DNA of 64,000 nucleotides from Halorutilales archaeon Cl-col2-1 (GTDB lineage Archaea > Halobacteriota > Halobacteria > Halobacteriales > Afararchaeaceae), in the NCBI GenBank assembly GCA_041891055.1, contig CP169074.1, positions 704,001 through 768,000 of the forward strand. Direction: 5' to 3'. Below, one piece after another: positions 9,344-20,000 of the stretch (position 1 is the stretch's first letter; every line of letters starts with the position of its first letter). The position numbers and the translations under genes are program-made. The notes below the pieces were generated by a model. The model saw nothing but the letters and a program-made list of their open reading frames with translations, was not told the DNA's origin and ran no database searches.

Positions 9344-10741
9344 ATGATTGACGAGAGAGAGTTCCGGGGCTATTGGTGGCTCCCTGAAAATCCTGATGAA
9401 AAAGTCGGTGGGATAGCATCCTTCACACCATCCGGTGGTGTTTCCTTAGAGTTGTTCTCTACTCTGAATGAGGATCCAGATTATATGGGTAGTGGCAACG
9501 TCTTTCGGCCTGATTTTATCCATGGAGTTACAACAGAAGGGGAGAGAATCACACTAAAGAACTGTATTCGAGGAAGCTATTCTATGTCTTCTTCGCAGGG
9601 GTCAGGGGTGACCAGTTCCAGCTATCAGGCGATCTCCCTCCTTTCCGGAGCACACTTCACGGAACAAATCAACTTTGACCGATTCCGTATGCAGTTCCCA
9701 CTTCTCACGAAGTGGGCAGGAGTTAGCGGTGTGAATTATTCTGGATCCGTTCTCGAAGGTGGAAAAGTTTCTGCAGGTGACACGTTCGAGATCAATTATG
9801 AATTTCCGGAATCGATCACCGCAGCATTAGACGATGTAGAACTCAAACTGATATTTAATGCTGACTTCAATATGGGGCGAGTTGGTGGTGCATCCATTGA
9901 CGAAGAAGCCTACTTTGACATTATCCCCGATTCGGGAAAGATATCATACGATGAAGCGATTGATTATACTGGAACGCTACAAGATTTTATAACCTTATCA
10001 ACTGGTAAAGAAGTTCAAGCATCCACCCTTATTGGACGATTAGAGCGGGAAAATCAACCGGGATATAATGACATAGAGATATTGTTCTCTACGGGTAGCG
10101 ATCTTAAGCTTCCGGATAGTCTACATCCCTATAAAGCGAATTTTGTCCTTGCAGATATCGTTGATGACTTCTCTGAGGTCATAGGCAATTGGTTCCAACA
10201 CTACGAGGAATTGGAACCTGTTTATAACCTCTATTTCAGCGTTCAGTATAATTCAGAGATGTATCTTCAAAACCAGCTTCTCTCTCTTACACAGGCGATA
10301 GAGACTTATCATAGAAGAGAAATCGGTGGCCAATACCTTTCTGATGATGAATTTGAGGAATTTTATGACGAACTTTGTGAGGTTATCCCTGATCAGTTTG
10401 ATGAGAGTTTCCAAGATCATTTGGAGAAGGGCACATTCAGATATGCGAATGAGTATTCGCTTAGAAAAAGATTGTCTCAATTGGTTTCAGAACAGGAAAA
10501 TATCCTTGATGAGTTGCCTATGAATATTGAGGCAAGCGTGAATAAGATCGTAAATACTCGGAATTATCTGACTCATTATGACGAGGGCATTTCTCCCCGT
10601 GCTGACACGGATGAACTCCATCCTCTAATTCTACGGTTGAGAGCTATCCTTGAAACTGTGCTTCTGTCGAATCTTGGAATACCAGAAGATCAGATTGTAG
10701 AGCGCCTCAAACAGCGCTACTCTGAACTCACAAGATCGTAG
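9344..10741 (+). CDS. ApeA-like protein (ApeA N-terminal domain + HEPN), putative antiviral RNase
   Basis: N-terminal EFRGYWWLP..IHGVTTEGERITL; C-terminal HEPN with QAIE and RNYLTH (RxxxxH). Confidence 0.75.
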   Translation: MIDEREFRGYWWLPENPDEKVGGIASFTPSGGVSLELFSTLNEDPDYMGSGNVFRPDFIHGVTTEGERITLKNCIRGSYSMSSSQGSGVTSSSYQAISLLSGAHFTEQINFDRFRMQFPLLTKWAGVSGVNYSGSVLEGGKVSAGDTFEINYEFPESITAALDDVELKLIFNADFNMGRVGGASIDEEAYFDIIPDSGKISYDEAIDYTGTLQDFITLSTGKEVQASTLIGRLERENQPGYNDIEILFSTGSDLKLPDSLHPYKANFVLADIVDDFSEVIGNWFQHYEELEPVYNLYFSVQYNSEMYLQNQLLSLTQAIETYHRREIGGQYLSDDEFEEFYDELCEVIPDQFDESFQDHLEKGTFRYANEYSLRKRLSQLVSEQENILDELPMNIEASVNKIVNTRNYLTHYDEGISPRADTDELHPLILRLRAILETVLLSNLGIPEDQIVERLKQRYSELTRS

Positions 10742-10802
10742 GGGTTAAGAGCCACAATTCCAAAATTTTGACACAAGATAAATATTCTTCTCTTGCATCT
10801 GA

Positions 10803-11500
10803 TCAATCAACACGAGTATAGATGTCCATAGTCTCACTCTCCGAATCCCCACGGATGTACTGGAGGACGTGCTGTTTCATCTCCTGATTCCGCATCAAGG
10901 TCGTGAACACCGTCCGGAAGGTATGCGGTGTGAACTTCTTGTGGAACCGATCCTCGCCGTCCTCCATAATACCCTCGCTGACTGCCGCCTGACGTACGGC
11001 ACGCTGAACCACGGTCTTCGCCAGCCAGTCATCGCGGATACTCACGAACAGATAGTCCAGCTCTGTATCTCGCCAGATCAGCCTGAACCGCTTGATTGTC
11101 CGAATCGTCTCACGGTCAATCGGCACGACCGTCTGCTTCCCACATTTCCGCTCTCGGAGGCGAACGAATCCTTTGTCGAGCATCAGGTCGTCCATCTTGA
11201 TCTCCAAGGCTTCCTCCAACCGACATTCAGTCTTCGCCAGTAACACGGCGACGGCTTTGTTCCGTGGGTTCGGAATCGCCTTCACGATTTTCTTCGCGTT
11301 CTCCCAGGTCGCACAGTCCGAGCGTTGCCGGATCTGCTTCGGAATCTCCTCCAACACCACACCAGCCGGATTCCCAGTAATGTCGTCGAACCGAGGGCGC
11401 TTCATCGCGTAGCTGAAAAACACAGACAACGATTCGAGGTACCGACGTTTCGTGTTCTGACTGACTCCGCGGTCATCCAGGATACGCAGATTCCTCTCTT
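10803..11500 (-). pseudogene. Tyrosine recombinase/integrase remnant (5'-truncated, degraded)
   Basis: KTECRLEE (R motif), TPHTFR (HxxR), YIRGD...DIYT; frame runs upstream as LRILDDRGVSQNTKRRYLES but there is no full N-terminus. Confidence 0.8.
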
Positions 11501-11559
11501 GAGTGAGGAAAAGTCAGGGTACAGTGTTTAGTCGTTTGCAGTCTAAGTCCTGTTTCACG

Positions 11560-11834
11560 GTTGAACAATGATGATGTCAATGAGGCGATCCGTGAGGAGT
11601 ACGGTCTGAGCGGTGGTGAAGAAGAGGATGAAAGTGTCGAGTGCCATTTCTGTGGGGCGGAAAACAGTGATATCTACTGAATACAGGAGCTGTGGTAGAG
11701 CACTGAGTCTTGAGAATGGGTCGGCGAAAGAGGAGAAGCAAGATGTCTTAGAGCGGCTTAAGCAGCTTGATGATGAAGGAGTCCTGGATAAGCTGGAGGA
11801 TTTAGGAGAGGTTCAGTCCTCTGATGCCCGATGA
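11560..11834 (+). pseudogene. C-terminal zinc-ribbon tail of a second integrase (frameshifted remnant)
   Basis: One frame reads LNNDDVNEAIREEYGL...ECHFCGAEN, the next reads RSCGRALSL...KQDVLERL; resembles haloarchaeal integrase tails. Confidence 0.5.
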
Positions 11835-11858
11835 ATATATAAAATTCGGTCATTAATA

Positions 11859-12539
11859 TTGACCGTGGTCATAATGACAGACCAAACATCGCCAGGTGTC
11901 ATACTTCCTATCCCACTCGGTGAAGAACGAGTGTTCCGCAACCAAGCGATGGAAGACATAACAGAACTCCTATACAGAAACCCACACGAGGAATTCGGCG
12001 TACGACAACTTCGGGATATCACAGAACACGGAGCACAGACAACGGATACAGCGATAAAACTCCTTGAACAGGTCGACCTCATCCAAACCAGGAGAGAGGG
12101 GAACCAGAAGCTTATCAGCATCAACAGAGACCGGATACACAAACCCGATGACCCCATCCTAGAAATACCACAAGAAGAATTCAGAACCCCTGTGAACACC
12201 TTCGTGGATAGATTAGAGAACGATCAAAAGGACAACTTAGTCGGTGTTCTCCTGTTCGGTAGCGTGGCACGAGGCGAGGGCGATAGAGCCAGTGACATCG
12301 ACCTACAGGTGATCGTGGAGGAAGATCTACTGGAATCACGGAGAAGCATCCATGACATCAGACAGGAAGTCGAAGAGACGAGGTTCGGAGGAAACCGTTA
12401 CGAACTACAGGTTCTGGTAGAATCGGTAGACACCGCTGAGGATTACGGAGACAAACTTCACGAGATCTTCTCAGAAGCCATAACGCTCTACCAGACAGAC
12501 AAACTGGACGAACTACGAAAGGTGATTCTGGATGGATAA
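11859..12539 (+). CDS. HTH + minimal nucleotidyltransferase (MNT) antitoxin
   Basis: N-terminal wHTH (GVRQLRDIT); LFGSVARGEGDRASDIDL NTase motif. Confidence 0.85.
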   Translation: MTVVIMTDQTSPGVILPIPLGEERVFRNQAMEDITELLYRNPHEEFGVRQLRDITEHGAQTTDTAIKLLEQVDLIQTRREGNQKLISINRDRIHKPDDPILEIPQEEFRTPVNTFVDRLENDQKDNLVGVLLFGSVARGEGDRASDIDLQVIVEEDLLESRRSIHDIRQEVEETRFGGNRYELQVLVESVDTAEDYGDKLHEIFSEAITLYQTDKLDELRKVILDG

Positions 12540-13026
12540 CAGCCATATTGAAGACAAGTTAGATGAAGTTCAGGAGCTCTTCGACAAGAGACCTGAAGAA
12601 ATAGAAACAGGGTTGGACGTCGACGGTGCTGAGATGCTCCAGTTACGGAAGGCATGTAGACTTCTGGAAGCAGCCAGACATCTGAAACAGGAGAACGGCT
12701 ACTACACCGTTGTCATAGAGGCTTCTTTCGCAGCGATAGAGAGGACGATCCAGTTCTACTTGGTAGACAACAACTTTCTGGATCCGGAGGAATACGTCGA
12801 CCACCGAGAAGTCTATGAGAGAGGTAGCAGAGCAGGACTATACAGCGACGGGTTCAAACAGAAGCTGATAGGTCTCTGGAGAGAAAACCGTTCACGCTCA
12901 TACTACCGAGAAGGCGTAGGCAGCAGAAAAAGAGCCGACAAGATGCTTGAACTCGCAGAAGGAGTACATAGCCACGTGACTCAGCTAGCCGGCAAAAGCC
13001 ACGAATGCATCTGCAACACGGCTTGA
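12532..13026 (+). CDS. HEPN-domain protein (toxin partner of MNT)
   Basis: Overlaps the MNT stop; helical, FAAIER...H...NRSRSYY HEPN-like motif. Confidence 0.7.
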   Translation: MDNSHIEDKLDEVQELFDKRPEEIETGLDVDGAEMLQLRKACRLLEAARHLKQENGYYTVVIEASFAAIERTIQFYLVDNNFLDPEEYVDHREVYERGSRAGLYSDGFKQKLIGLWRENRSRSYYREGVGSRKRADKMLELAEGVHSHVTQLAGKSHECICNTA

Positions 13027-13064
13027 CTACAAATATTTACTACGTGACTACCAAGTACTGCTGT

Positions 13065-13244
13065 ATGAACTGTTTTGCCAGAAGGATTGGAGAAGCTGAA
13101 GAACTCTTGGAAAAGGTAAAGTCCTGGAGCGAGGAAGAGATCGAGGAGTTACCTAAGCTTTACAGGGAAAAAGCAAGGGAATACAGGGGTCTTCTGCCAG
13201 ACCACTGGTCTTTTTCCACTGTTTCTTATCTTCTTCTGACATAG
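13065..13244 (+). CDS. Small hypothetical protein
   Basis: Acidic helical peptide MNCFARRIGEAEELLEKVKSWSEEEIEELP; the 3' part may be degraded. Confidence 0.35.
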   Translation: MNCFARRIGEAEELLEKVKSWSEEEIEELPKLYREKAREYRGLLPDHWSFSTVSYLLLT

Positions 13245-13353
13245 TAGCTTCGACCTCTTTTTTGGCAGGAGACGAGCGGGTCTGTGCCCTCAACCTCGCA
13301 CATCAAACAACTACGCCTTAGCCTTTTTATTACCTACGCAGGCACCGAAAAAA

Positions 13354-13378
13354 TATGAGTGCCGAGGTCTCATCTTTC
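13354..13378 (+). repeat. att site copy 2 (junction of elements A and B)
   Basis: TATGAGTGCCGAGGTCTCATCTTTC; 14 bp shared with 7340-7353 and 23 bp shared with 28937-28959. Confidence 0.9.
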
Positions 13379-13501
13379 TATCCATACATTTCGGGAAAGA
13401 AGTGAACGAACGTCATAGAATCTCGTCTGCTACTCTCTGAGAAAGGACAGTCGTAATCAAAAGGCGAATAGAGTACACTCTGAGGCGTCACATAGGCTTA
13501 G

Positions 13502-13648
13502 TCAGTTCTTTGCTACTTGGGCCGAATAACTCTCCTCCATCCACTCCTCGGTGTGCTTGCGACTGGGGTAAATCGCAACGTAGGTCGTCTCTTCGGATAA
13601 CCCGACCTCGGTCTCCCACTCGGTCTGCTGTGGCTCGTCGTTGCTCAT
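13502..13648 (-). pseudogene. Short acidic ORF remnant (possible RHH-type element gene)
   Basis: MSNDEPQQTEWETEVGLSEETTYVAIYPSRKHTEEW..., 48 aa, next to att. Confidence 0.3.
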
Positions 13649-13785
13649 TCGTGTCTCACAGCAGACACTTACAACTGGACGTTCCTAGGCATTGTGGATA
13701 GATAGGTTCCATGTGTTGACCGTGGTTCTGCTGTCGAACTGATGCTGTCGTAAGAAATAACGGACAATCGTTTGATGAGAGAGTT

Positions 13786-15897
13786 ATGCAAACTCGTACC
13801 GAGACACTTGCCTCCTTGTATCAGGATGGATTCTTCGATATACCGTCATACCAACGTAGCTACTCGTGGGAGGAACCGCAGTTAGCGGACCTCATCGACG
13901 ACCTCCGTTATCTCCCCGAGGAAACCAACCACTTCTTCGGAAACATCATTCTCGACAAGAAGGACGAGCAGTATCAGACAGATAGGGGCAGGCGCTTCGA
14001 TGTCTACGACGTTGTTGACGGTCAACAGCGATTGACGACCGCGCTTATCCTCCTGCACGTCGCCACGCAGTTCGATGACGTGGTCGACGAGACCGTGTCG
14101 GAGGACAATCTGATATTCCCCGTTGACGAGCGCCCCCGTCTGATGCCGCAGGACCAGGACGGGGAGTTCTTTCGGGACAGTCCATTCGGTAGCGCGAGTT
14201 TAGAGTGTGAAACCCCGTCGCAGGAACGTCTCGAATACGTAAAGGAGTATTTCGAGTCGGAATTTGAGGACCTGCCCGTTCGAGAGATATCCGAACGGCT
14301 GCGCTACGACTGCAAAATCAACGTCGTCGAGATAGACAGCGACTCGGAGGCGGCGTCGATTTTCGAGAGCCTGAACGACCGCGGGAAGCCCCTATCATCG
14401 CTCGACAAAACGAAGAGCTTCCTGATGTATATGGACGACCGCTCCAGCAATCAGGGTGCTCTTGAGACGAAAATCAAGCAACGGTTCGGGAGCATCTACC
14501 GCGAGCTGTTCGTCCTCTCGAACGGGCATGACAGAGTGAGCGATTTCGACGAAGACAGTGTGCAACGGTTCCACTGGGGAATCTACGACGGATACGATTC
14601 TGACGAGTACTTCAGCAGTCTCGATACGCTCAAAGACAGACTCCGAGAGCGATACCGTAACGGCGAGTACGATACCGTTCAGGACGAAATTGACGAGTAC
14701 ACGCTGAATCTTCGTGAAGCAGCGTCGGCGTTCGCTGCACTGTTCAATCCTTCACAGCGTCCCGACGAAGTCGAATCCGCACTGAAACGTCTACTCGCAC
14801 TCGGGAGGGTTGCGAACGTTCTCCCCGTCCTGATTGCGGCACAGATGGAGTACGGTGACGATGAACCGGATAAGATGGCGGATATCATTCGCGCCTGCGA
14901 GACACTCGTCTTCCGCGTCTACGCAACCGATGGCAGGCGGGCCGATACGGGACGAGGTAGGTTAGTTCGCCTCGCTCATTCGATTCATGCAGACGATTCG
15001 TATCTGTTCGAGGACGTACTCAATCGTCTCGACTCGATTACCCGCATCTACACCGACGATGACCGCTTTGAGCGCAACCTTCGTGACCCTGACTTCTACG
15101 AGTCAATGTCGAGCCAGGACATTCGCTACTTGTTCTACCACTACGGGCAGAACCTAGACATCGAGATACGCGAAGACGTACAGCGCGACCTCGAACAAAT
15201 CCTCTCTACCTCATTCGAGGTCGAACATATCCTCGCTCGAAAACTCCCAGAGGAAGACATCCCGGAGGACCTGCGCGAGGAGTTTGACGACCACGTCCAT
15301 CGTCTCGGGAACCTCACCGTTGCGAGCGAATACTGGAACAAGAACTACGGCAACCTCCCGTTCGAGCAAAAGAAGATTGCTCCCGAGGGACGCGAAGCAG
15401 AATACAAATCATCGAACCTGCGAGTGCAGCAGAGCCTTGCCGACTATGACGAGTTCGGACGGGCAGAGATTGAGGAGCGGGAACAGAAGATAGTCGACTT
15501 TGCACTCGAAGAGTGGGGGATTGCGTCTGAGCCACAACCGTCCGGGGGGTCGAGTACCGACGAGGGCTCTGATGAGGTAGAGTACGAGAGTCTTCCGGAC
15601 AGTTTCTTCCGGCGGTTGACGAACCGACAGGAGGCGTTCATTCGAATCCTGCTCGATAACGGGAACTGGATGATGAACGAGGATGTCCGTCAGCAGATGG
15701 AGGACGACTATGACCTTGCAACGGGCGGTGGTCAAGCGATATCCGGCATCCTCTCGGGGTTCACCCGGAAATACAGCGAGGACTTCACGTATCGTCTCAT
15801 CGATTACGAATGGATGGGCGACCAGATGCAGTATCGTCTGAATCCCGACTCGGGATACATTGACGAACTACGTGAGCGACTAGAAAAGAATGCCTGA
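13786..15897 (+). CDS. GmrSD-type restriction protein (DUF262 + DUF1524/HNH) with extra C-terminal domain
   Basis: IPSYQRSYSW, DGQQRLTT, FESLNDRG; EHI...HRLGNL...N HNH motif. Confidence 0.9.
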   Translation: MQTRTETLASLYQDGFFDIPSYQRSYSWEEPQLADLIDDLRYLPEETNHFFGNIILDKKDEQYQTDRGRRFDVYDVVDGQQRLTTALILLHVATQFDDVVDETVSEDNLIFPVDERPRLMPQDQDGEFFRDSPFGSASLECETPSQERLEYVKEYFESEFEDLPVREISERLRYDCKINVVEIDSDSEAASIFESLNDRGKPLSSLDKTKSFLMYMDDRSSNQGALETKIKQRFGSIYRELFVLSNGHDRVSDFDEDSVQRFHWGIYDGYDSDEYFSSLDTLKDRLRERYRNGEYDTVQDEIDEYTLNLREAASAFAALFNPSQRPDEVESALKRLLALGRVANVLPVLIAAQMEYGDDEPDKMADIIRACETLVFRVYATDGRRADTGRGRLVRLAHSIHADDSYLFEDVLNRLDSITRIYTDDDRFERNLRDPDFYESMSSQDIRYLFYHYGQNLDIEIREDVQRDLEQILSTSFEVEHILARKLPEEDIPEDLREEFDDHVHRLGNLTVASEYWNKNYGNLPFEQKKIAPEGREAEYKSSNLRVQQSLADYDEFGRAEIEEREQKIVDFALEEWGIASEPQPSGGSSTDEGSDEVEYESLPDSFFRRLTNRQEAFIRILLDNGNWMMNEDVRQQMEDDYDLATGGGQAISGILSGFTRKYSEDFTYRLIDYEWMGDQMQYRLNPDSGYIDELRERLEKNA

Positions 15898-17074
15898 CTA
15901 CGGGGACCGATATGTTGTTAACCAGACGTATCGAAGCTCTAGCGATAGCAACAAAGACCAGTTTCAGAAGTGGCTGAATGATCCGGTTGATACCGGAATC
16001 CGAAACAGCGGTGGAATACGGGCGGTTGCGAATCCCGACACAAAAGAACGTGAATTCCTGGTTTTTGTGTCTGATTCAGGATCCACTCAAACGCAGAACC
16101 CTTGGGAAGATATCATCAACATGGAGGAGGGGATTGCACGGTACTGGGGCGATGCGAAGGCACGACACAGCCCCAACCCCGAAGATGCGAGGGGAAATGG
16201 GTGGGTCAAGGAAGATTACTGCCAAACGTATGCCCGAGGCAGCCGTTCAGAAGCACCTCCCGTCCTACTATTTGAGAAGCCGAAATCTGGCTATGTCACC
16301 TTCCGTGGAATATGCATCATCACGGGAATGAGTATTGAGCGGCACAAGGATGAGGGTGAAACAGTCGTCAATTATCTCTTTGAACTTGCCATCTTAGACG
16401 CCGACTCTATCGAATTAGAATGGGTTCACCGGAAAGCCCGAACTGGTGTTGATATCGGAGGTCCCGAAGCGTGGAGGAAGTGGGTTACTGATGGTCGAAT
16501 CCGCCACTACTCCGTATATAAGGATAATATTCGGCCCAAGAATCAGCAATATCCGAAGGGCAGAGAGGCGGATTTGCTTCAGGATATCCGCAACCAGTTA
16601 CAGAATCCGAACAAGGGCGAGAAACTCGAGTACCTCGTTAGGTATCTCATGGAGGATTTGAAGAACTTCAGTGACGTCGAACTAACGCCACCGAGTGGCG
16701 ACAAAGGAGTCGACCTGACTGGGCGAATTGACTTGTTTGCGGAAACACAACTCGGGAGCGTAGACACGAAGATGGACTTCAAGGCACAGGTCAAAAACAC
16801 GGCGAGTAGTATCTCTGGAAAGGAACTGAGCCGACTGGCATCACGTGTCGATGACGGTGAAATCGGTCTCTTCTTCACTACATCACATTATACGAGAAGC
16901 GCCCAAGAGGAGAACCTGTCCACCTATCCTGTACGGTTATTCTCTGGTGGCGACCTCACCGAGTTACTCGTTCAAACAGAGCTAACCGAGGACGACAAGC
17001 TAACCGACAATATTGTTCTGCAGTTGAGACTGGCTCTCTCAATGCATAGGCCGCAGGCACGGTTTGCTCACTGA
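15890..17074 (+). CDS. MspJI/AspBHI-like modification-dependent endonuclease (SRA-like + Mrr-type domain); C-terminus replaced by transposon
   Basis: NPWED...RYWGDAK N-domain; DKGVD...AQVK catalytic motif; native end EQIHDEVE* displaced to 26318-26344. Confidence 0.8.
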   Translation: MPDYGDRYVVNQTYRSSSDSNKDQFQKWLNDPVDTGIRNSGGIRAVANPDTKEREFLVFVSDSGSTQTQNPWEDIINMEEGIARYWGDAKARHSPNPEDARGNGWVKEDYCQTYARGSRSEAPPVLLFEKPKSGYVTFRGICIITGMSIERHKDEGETVVNYLFELAILDADSIELEWVHRKARTGVDIGGPEAWRKWVTDGRIRHYSVYKDNIRPKNQQYPKGREADLLQDIRNQLQNPNKGEKLEYLVRYLMEDLKNFSDVELTPPSGDKGVDLTGRIDLFAETQLGSVDTKMDFKAQVKNTASSISGKELSRLASRVDDGEIGLFFTTSHYTRSAQEENLSTYPVRLFSGGDLTELLVQTELTEDDKLTDNIVLQLRLALSMHRPQARFAH

Positions 17075-17083
17075 CAACGGGTA

Positions 17084-20000
17084 CTATTTCGACCGCTTGA
17101 ACTCGAACCGTGCCCCGCCATTGCTTCCGTCTGTCACCGAAACCGTCCACCCGTGCGCCTTCGCGATATCGGCCACGATCGAGAGCCCAAAGCCAGTTCC
17201 TCCGTCACTGGACGTGACGCCATGGTTGAACACGTCGTCCTGCTTCTCTTGGGGAATCCCGCTACCGGTATCCTCAACGAAAAATCCGTTGGCCTCGTCT
17301 AGTCCACCCACGGTCACCGTGACATCAGCACCCCCGTGCTCGACTGCGTTCCGGAAGAGATTCTCGAAGAGCTGGGTCAACCGCCCTGCGTCGCCGGTAA
17401 CTTCCGGAACTCCATCTGCAACTGTAAGCGTTGCCTCCCCAGTGTCGACGTATCCCCACGCCTCCGTCGTGATGTCCTCAAGATCGATCTCTTCTGCATC
17501 CTCGATCGTCGTCTCCCCACGTGCCAGCGTCAGGAGGTCCTCAATGAGTCGTTCAATTCGGTCGTGTGCGGATTCTACTTTTTCGAAGTGCTCGGCGTTC
17601 CCGGTTTCCTCTGCGATTTCGAGGAATCCTATCGCGACGGAGAGCGGGTTCCGAAGGTCGTGGGCAACGACGCTCGCGAACTGGTCGAGTCGCTCGTTCT
17701 GTCGGTGTAGTTCCTCTTCCCTGCTCGCTCGTGCGAGTGCTGCCTCGACAGTCGCAGCAAGAATCCGGAACAGGTCGACGTCCGTCTCAGAAAAGACCTG
17801 CGTGGAAACTGACCCCGTCGACATGAGCCCATACTCACCCAGTGGGACGAGAATCTCGCTCCGTATCTCTGTGTTCGGATTGTGGGGTTGCCCCTCGGCC
17901 TGGACATCATTATATACCTGGGTTTCTCCGGACTCAAACGCGTCCCAAGCAAGGCTGTCTCCAGGAGTGAATCGGGGAGACTCGCCAAACAGGTCTCGTG
18001 CTGCGGACGTTTCCGTGATCGGGACGAGCGCGTTCTCTCGCTCGTTGTATTCCCAGATTCCGGTGACATCGAGGTCCAGTATCTCGGCCGCGGCATCGAC
18101 GGCGATCGCTCCGATCTCGTCGCTTGATTCAGCGCCGCTGAGCGATTGTGCGGTGTCCTGAAGCGAGCGGAGGCGAACTTCCAACCGTTTCTGTTCGGTT
18201 ATGTCCTCCAAGACGGCGAGGATGCTCGTAGTCTCTCCGTCGGGGCCTGTAACCGGCGCGACCGACAAGAGCAGGTCCAGTTCGTCTCCGTCTTTCGTCT
18301 CTCGCCGTATTTCCTTTGCTCGGATTCGCTCGCCGTTCAGGACGCGCTGCCGGTGTGAGGCAAACTCTTCCTGCTGCTCGTCCGGAACCATCGGATTGAA
18401 CTCGCCAAGCACTTCGTCCTGGGACCAGCCGAACATGGTTTCAGCCTCGTCGTTCCAGCGGATGACGGTCCCATCCGTGTCGATTTCCATAACTGTGAGT
18501 GGCGTGGCCTCGATGAGTGATTCCAGTCGCTGGTTCGTCGCCTCAAGTTCACGCTCCCGTTCGACCTGCTCGGTAACGTTTCGAGCGATACCCACGACTC
18601 GAACGGTCTCGCCATCGACGACGACCGGTGCGAGGCTGGTCTCCCAGAACCGAGCATCCTCTCCGATGTCGAGCTCTTCACGATACGAAATCGGTGCACG
18701 CTGCTCGACACAGCGAGTGTAGTTAGCCTCGAGTTCAGCACCCTGCTCGTCGCCGAACACCTCTCGGGGTGTCTTGCCGCGGACCTCCTCAGTTGTAAGT
18801 CCGGTCTGCGTCTCGTATCCGGGACTGAGTCTGGCGAACTTGAATGAAGGGTCCTCACCAGCGGTATCGACATCGAGCAAGAATATCGCGTCTCCGGATG
18901 TCTCAAGCAACGCCTCGTATTCCTCCGCGAGTTCTCGGTACTGGTGACGTTCCGCTTCTCGCTCCGTGATGTCCTGAAAAACACCCCGAAGTACTGCGTC
19001 GCCCCGGGGTGTGTCCTCAACGTACTCTCCCCACGCCCGAACGTGACGCACCTCGCCGTCGGTTCGCACGATTCGGAGGTCGAGGTCGTACGGTTCCCCG
19101 TCTTCGATTGCTCGGTCGACTGCTGCGGTAATCGTCTCTCTGTCGTCGGGGTGGTAGAACTCGATCGCGTCGTCGAGGGAGGGCTCGTAGTCCTCGTCGA
19201 CACCGTGAATCTGACGGACCCCGTCAGACCAAATGAGTTCGCCGCTCGATGGGATGAATTCCCAGATACCGACATCCGCGATGTCCTGAACGCGGTCGAA
19301 CAGGAACCCCTGGCGCTCGAGTTCGGTATGGTCACGACGACGCGAGAGTTCGGCACTCACCAGTTCCGCGACTAGCTCGACAAACGTTCGTTCGAGCGCT
19401 CCGAACGGCGCGACTCGCGTCGTCGGACTCGAGAAATTGACTGTTCCGTAACGCGTGCCATCGACGACGAGTGGCACGCCGATGTACGACTCTAACTCGA
19501 AGTCACGGTAGGCAGGATGCGTCTCTTTCCCGTCGCTAACGGCGTCGACGAACGAACAGACCGAATCCGTGCCGACGACTTCCGCACAGTACGTCGATTC
19601 GAGATTGAACTGATCGCCAGCTTCGATATCGGCTTCCGGTGCGTGAGCTGCTTCGACCGTGTAGTCGCTGTCCTGAATCCGCGAGACGATACCGATTTCG
19701 AGTCCGAGCGTCTGGCAACCGACTTCAAGGAGATTCTGGAGGCGCGACTCGGCCGAGACATCGCTTTCTGCCATGACCGCCTGGAGGTCCTGGAGTGCGT
19801 CCCGCTCTCGTTCCAATTGACGCTTTACCTCGCTTTGTTCGGTCACGTCTCGAGCGACAACGAGAACCTGCTTACTTTTGCGACTCTGGAACGGGGTTAC
19901 CCGGACGTCGAATGTCCGCTCGCTGGTCCCGGCCACGACGTCGAGTTGGAGGTCTGCATCGTACAACCCGGTGGACCCACCATCGCTCTCGATCTCGTCG

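Larger units (their letters stand above)
7340..13367. mobile_element. Integrated element A (decayed; ApeA-like, integrase remnants, MNT-HEPN)
   Basis: Bounded by 14-bp direct repeats; visibly more AT-rich; contains tyrosine recombinase remnants. Confidence 0.75.

Noticed and set aside
17064-18161. 365-aa plus-strand ORF after the MspJI-like gene
   Set aside because: Ser-rich antisense shadow of the histidine kinase.
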